Source: an uncultured Anaerolineales bacterium (lineage in GTDB: Bacteria; Planctomycetota; Phycisphaerae; FEN-1346). Taken from it: DNA of 64,000 nt. This document shows positions 57,681-64,000 of this stretch, in pieces (position 1 is the stretch's first letter; the number at the start of each line of letters is the position of its first letter). The notes beneath the pieces are model-generated. The model ran no database searches. It was not told where the DNA came from and saw only the letters and a list, made by a program, of their open reading frames with translations. The stretch lies in assembly GCA_964397995.1 (NCBI GenBank), contig CAYNLG010000005.1, positions 322 to 64,321 on the forward strand, written 5' to 3'. Made by a program: the position numbers and the translations under genes.

Positions 57681-57766
57681 ACTCCAGGACACGAAACTCT
57701 CCGCCCGGGGTCGCACTGCGTCGCCGTGACTCGCGAGCAGGAGTTTAGTATCCTGTCCCCGAAACT
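57659..57766. repeat. palindromic REP/MITE-like element, copy 2 (perfect 27-bp inverted arms, 54-nt spacer)
   Basis: Left arm agtttcggggacaggatactaaactcc is 57659-57685. Right arm ggagtttagtatcctgtccccgaaact is 57740-57766. The spacer shares gcgtcgccgtgac with copy 1. The minus-strand gene's stop abuts the right arm. Confidence 0.85.
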
Positions 57767-57767
57767 C

Positions 57768-58202
57768 TTACGGCAGGGCGTTGACGATCCGCCGCCAGTA
57801 CTTCAGCGTGGCCCGTTTGGCGTACCCCTTGGGCCCGCCGTTCCAGATGCGGGCGAAGACCTGGTCGGTGGGGTCGCGGCCGGTGGTGCGGCGATAGGCG
57901 TCGCCGTAATGGTCGAGGTACAGGGCCCAGATGCGGCGGCTCTTGGCGACGTTGTACCGGTCGGCCAGGGCGAACCGCTCGCTGAGGCCGCGGAGGCGGG
58001 CGATGCGGTTGACGTCGGCGAGGCAGGTCGGCCGGATCTGGACGATGCCGGCGGCCTTCTCGCGCCGGTTGTAGGCCCGGGCGTCGCCGCCCGATTCCAC
58101 GCGGGTCATCGCGGTCCAGAGGTTGTCGGACGGCGCGGCCGAGGCGGTGGTCGCGAGGCCGGCCACGGCCAACACGCCGGCGGCCAGGGTCTGCTTCAGC
58201 AT
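57768..58202 (-). CDS. secreted lysozyme-like / lytic-transglycosylase-like protein
   Basis: Signal MLKQTLAAGVLAVAGLATTASA. VESGGDARAYNRREKAAGIVQI resembles the SLT-domain ES...GxxQ catalytic region. Weak similarity. Confidence 0.4.
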   Translation of the reverse strand: MLKQTLAAGVLAVAGLATTASAAPSDNLWTAMTRVESGGDARAYNRREKAAGIVQIRPTCLADVNRIARLRGLSERFALADRYNVAKSRRIWALYLDHYGDAYRRTTGRDPTDQVFARIWNGGPKGYAKRATLKYWRRIVNALP

Positions 58203-58583
58203 CGGTTCGGTTCTCCGTGGCTTGGGCGGAGCCCCCGCCGGACGGCACGGCGGCCGCACGGGGCAGGGGGGATCGACGCGCGCGGCGGCTCAGGGACGGA
58301 GCGCCATCGCGGGCTCGGTCGGTTCATGGAATCGCGCCGGGAGACGGTACAGGGTGGTCCAACGGCGAGGAAGCGGCCGGCGCGGACGCCGCGTCCCCCA
58401 AGACGCGGCGCGTGGCGTCGATCAGGTCTCCGTCTTCAATGCCCCCTTGTGGCAGTGCGAAAGACACGCGGTGGCGAGCCCGAGCCCGTCACCGCCGCTC
58501 CTTAGTGTAGCGCACGTTTCGCGGGCGGTCAACCGACTTGTGCCCTCGGCGCGCCGTCAGGCCGCCGGCCCCCGCCCGTGCTG

Positions 58584-61214
<2,631 letters not shown>

Positions 61215-61367
61215 GTCGGCCTCCTTCGTCGGGTGGTCACCGTGAGGGCGCGGCCGGGCCGCGCCTCCAGCATAAGCACCAATGCAAAGCCCATGCCACC
61301 GGCGAGGCCATCAAAAGGGGCCTGAACGGCAGGCAACCGGGCGTTTCCGGGGCTCCGCGGGGTGCGG

Positions 61368-61386
61368 GACTGCCATTTTGGCAGTC
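61368..61386. promoter_or_regulatory. perfect palindrome GACTGCCA-TTT-TGGCAGTC in the clpB / GH42 divergent intergenic region (candidate operator)
   Basis: Read directly: 8-bp arms with a 3-nt spacer, ~150 bp upstream of clpB and ~100 bp upstream of the GH42-like gene. Confidence 0.4.
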
Positions 61387-61485
61387 TCTGGGGCCGCACG
61401 GGGGGCCGGAAACGGGCTTTTCGATTGACTTCCCTCCCTGGCGCGGCAAGGTGGCGGGTCGACCCTCGCACAGGAGACCCGTGCC

Positions 61486-63681
61486 GTGACCGATTCGAAG
61501 CCTCTCACGCCCGACGAGCGGGCCGCCGCCCGGCGCGGCTGGCGCGACGCCCACCTGACCGACCGCCAGCGCGGCCTGGCCGAGGCCCGCGCCTGGTTCG
61601 TCTCCGCCGTCTACTGGAGCCCTGGCGACTACGACCGCGGGAGGCTCGTCGCCGAGCTCAAGCGCATGCGCGACTTGGGCATCACGTCCGTGCGCTATCA
61701 CACGCACCGGCCCGAGGAGACCGAGCCCGGCGTTTACGACTTCACCCGGACCGACGACTGGATGGACGCCGCCTCCGAGGCCGGCATCCAGGTCGTCTAC
61801 CACCTGGGGCACACCCCGAGCGACGCGCTGCTGGCGGCCCACGGCATCCCGCGCGAGGCCTACGAGGGCGCGATCCTGGCCGAGCCCGAGATGCAGGTCC
61901 TCATGGAGGCCTGCATCGGCCCGGAGATCGCCCGGTACCGCGGCCACCCGGCCCTCGACCACTGGCACGGCTTCGGCGAGCCGAACGCCGGCGGCAAGAA
62001 CCTGGAGCGCGAGGCGGACCGCGCCGGCTTTGCCGCCTGGCTCCGCGCCCGCTACGGCACCGTCGAGGCCCTCGACGCCGCCTGGAACCTGTACCCCGTG
62101 GCGGGGCGGCCGATCGTGACCTCGTTCGAGGACGCGTGCGGCCTGACCGAGGCCGCCGAGCGCCGGCCCGGCCAGACCGAGGCCCTGGTCCAGGGCGGGC
62201 CGTTCGGCAAACGCCTGTACGGGGCCAACCGCGACCTGCTCCGGTACCTGACGGAGAAGGCCATCGCCCGGACCCGGGCGTGGGTCGACCTGGCCCACCG
62301 GCTGGACCCGGACCACCCGTTCATGGTCGGGGCGCACCAGCTCTTCGCCAACCAGCCGTACTTCCGCTGGGACGTCCCCACGTGGGCGCGCACAGGCGAC
62401 GCCTTCGGCACCAGCATCCACCTGTCGTGGCACTTCGAGCCGGTGCGCGGCGAAGTGGACCGGCCGGTCTACCTCCAGGCCCGCCTCACGCGCGACGCCC
62501 TCAAGGAGGGCCTCACGAGCGCCTTCGAGACCACCGGCGGCGCCGCCCAGTACAGCGGCGGGTACCCGAACGCGATGACCGCCGGCCTCATGCGCCGCCT
62601 CGTCTGCTCGTATCTGGCGGCCGGCAACCTTGCCCTGGCGTTCTGGACGTGGAACCATCGGCCGGGCGGCTGGGAGGCCGGCGAGTACGGCATGACCACG
62701 TGGTCCGGGCGCCTGACGCCCTGGGCGGAGGTGGTCGGCGCGGCGGCGCGGGGCCTGGAGGCGCACGCCGAGGAGCTGTGGGAGGCCGACCCGGAGACGC
62801 GTGTCGGCGTGCTGACGTCGTGGGAGACCGACGCCATCCTCCTGCAGGAGCCCGAGTCGCACCTGCTGCAGGACGCCCCGACGTTCGCCTTCACCGGCAC
62901 CAAGATGCAGGGCGTCCGCGCCCGCATCGGCGCCGGCCGCGCGCTGGTCAACCACCGCGTCCCTTTCGAGTACGTGACCGAGGCCGAGGTGCTCGAAGGC
63001 CTCTGCGAGGCGTACCCGGTGATCTACGCCCCGCACTGCCGGGCGCTCTCGGACGAGGTGGTGGCGCGGCTGGCGGCGTACGTGGCGGCGGGGGGCCGCC
63101 TTGTCGCCGACGTCCAGTTCGCCATGCTCCGGCCGACCGGCAAGATGCCCCCCGTGGGCGACGGCACGCCCGCCGAGCGCCTCTTCGGGGCGTTCGTCGA
63201 TATGATCCACCACACGCGGACCGCCGAGATGGCCCTCGACGATATCCCGCTGGACGGCTTCTTCGGCGACCTGGTCGTCACCGAGGCCGACGTCCTGGCC
63301 CGTTTCGCCGACGGGCGGCCCGCCGTCACGGAGCACCGCGTGGGGCGCGGCGCGGCCGTGCTCGTCGCCTTCGACCCCGCCTGGATGTGCCGCGCCCCGG
63401 GACGCGACGACCTCGAGACCTGGCTCGCGGGCCTGGTGGCGGGGGACTGGGAGCCGGGGTGGTCGGCGTCGGGGGCGCCGCTGGCGGTGCGCCTGGCGGC
63501 CCCGGGGGCGGACCACGTCTTCCTGATGAACGACGGGCCGGAGGCCGTGGAGGTGGCGGTCGAGGCGGCCGACCGGCGGTATGCCTCGGCCGTCGAGGTG
63601 CTCTCGGGCGAGACGGTCGACCCGGCCAAGGTGCCGCTTAAGGGCGCTTCGGCCGCCTGGCTCCGCCTGGAGAAGGCCTGA
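61486..63681 (+). CDS. glycoside hydrolase family 42-like beta-galactosidase
   Basis: N-terminal TIM-barrel segment VRYHTHRPEETEPGVYDF..DDWMD..GIQVVYHLG and size (~730 aa) fit the GH42 layout (catalytic, trimerisation-like and C-terminal beta domains). Confidence 0.6.
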   Translation: MTDSKPLTPDERAAARRGWRDAHLTDRQRGLAEARAWFVSAVYWSPGDYDRGRLVAELKRMRDLGITSVRYHTHRPEETEPGVYDFTRTDDWMDAASEAGIQVVYHLGHTPSDALLAAHGIPREAYEGAILAEPEMQVLMEACIGPEIARYRGHPALDHWHGFGEPNAGGKNLEREADRAGFAAWLRARYGTVEALDAAWNLYPVAGRPIVTSFEDACGLTEAAERRPGQTEALVQGGPFGKRLYGANRDLLRYLTEKAIARTRAWVDLAHRLDPDHPFMVGAHQLFANQPYFRWDVPTWARTGDAFGTSIHLSWHFEPVRGEVDRPVYLQARLTRDALKEGLTSAFETTGGAAQYSGGYPNAMTAGLMRRLVCSYLAAGNLALAFWTWNHRPGGWEAGEYGMTTWSGRLTPWAEVVGAAARGLEAHAEELWEADPETRVGVLTSWETDAILLQEPESHLLQDAPTFAFTGTKMQGVRARIGAGRALVNHRVPFEYVTEAEVLEGLCEAYPVIYAPHCRALSDEVVARLAAYVAAGGRLVADVQFAMLRPTGKMPPVGDGTPAERLFGAFVDMIHHTRTAEMALDDIPLDGFFGDLVVTEADVLARFADGRPAVTEHRVGRGAAVLVAFDPAWMCRAPGRDDLETWLAGLVAGDWEPGWSASGAPLAVRLAAPGADHVFLMNDGPEAVEVAVEAADRRYASAVEVLSGETVDPAKVPLKGASAAWLRLEKA

Positions 63682-63748
63682 GGCCGAACTCGCGTGCCGC
63701 CGTTGACCGGCGGCGCGGCCGTGCGTGCGAAAGGCATCGCGCATCGAG

Positions 63749-63768
63749 CCCGCCGCGGAAGCGGCGGG
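63749..63768 (+). terminator. GC-rich hairpin cccgccgc-GGAA-gcggcggg after the GH42-like gene (possible intrinsic terminator without U-tract)
   Basis: 8-bp perfect stem with a GNRA-like GGAA loop, 68 nt after the stop. No T-run follows, as is common in high-GC genomes. Confidence 0.35.
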
Positions 63769-63901
63769 TCACGCCGTCCGTCCCCGGCGTGCGAGTGCGC
63801 CCTCGCCAGACAGGCCCGTCGTTGACCGGACTCGCGGCCGGTTCTACAATGCGGCCGTCGGGGCTGCGGTGTGCCTGTGGCGCGGCTCCCCTCTGGTGTT
63901 C

Positions 63902-64000
63902 ATGGCCGACGGCCAGACGATAGCCATCCCGGCAGCAGGGCAGCGGCTTGTCGAGGCCTTTGCCCGCCAGGAGGTCACCGACCTGGTCCGCCAGACCCTC
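63902..64000 (+). CDS. 5' end of an ORF running off the window (MADGQTIAIPAAGQRLVEAFARQEVTDLVRQTL...)
   Basis: ATG followed by a protein-like translation to the window edge. No assignment possible. Confidence 0.3.
   Translation, partial: MADGQTIAIPAAGQRLVEAFARQEVTDLVRQTL

Noticed and set aside
61368-61400. Sigma-54 (-24 TGGCAC / -12 TTGC) reading of the TGGCAG palindrome
   Set aside because: The -12 element (TTGCW) at the required 4-5-nt spacing is absent on both strands.

Overview
This is a high-GC (about 70%) bacterial chromosomal segment; only the 37.7-40.3 kb stretch is visibly lower in GC. The gene content suggests a Planctomycetota-like organism: PEP-CTERM tails, prepilin-type DUF1559-like proteins, dockerin-like repeats, PQQ beta-propeller proteins, several beta-helix and glycoside-hydrolase-like secreted proteins, and giant multi-kilobase genes. 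Housekeeping genes are gltB (3' end) and gltD, purF, a znuABC-like metal importer, rfbB, clpB, tRNA-Ser(CGA) and tRNA-Met(CAT). They are interleaved with accessory content. Five things deserve a second look. (1) 45.5-56.8 kb: a translationally coupled pair of giant genes built from three copies of a roughly 1100-aa module, each module ending in a multi-TM anchor. (2) 56.76-57.77 kb: two copies of a palindromic REP/MITE-like element bracket a ThiF/MoeB-like gene and supply the stop codons (and the identical C-terminal SGTGY) of two unrelated ORFs. (3) 37.7-40.3 kb: a low-GC segment directly 3' of tRNA-Met carrying helically phased T-tracts and a single orphan repeat/membrane protein. (4) 41.9-42.4 kb: a 490-bp purine-skewed, GGA-motif-rich intergenic region that could be a CsrA-type sRNA or a structured leader. 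(5) 4.8-10.1 kb: an unusual fusion of a RecA/KaiC-like N-region with a PEP-synthase-type ATP-grasp domain, in an apparent operon with a 2-hydroxyacid dehydrogenase and an FAD oxidoreductase. No CRISPR array, rRNA, integrase or transposase is visible. All calls come from reading the six-frame translations and the DNA by eye. No database search was run.
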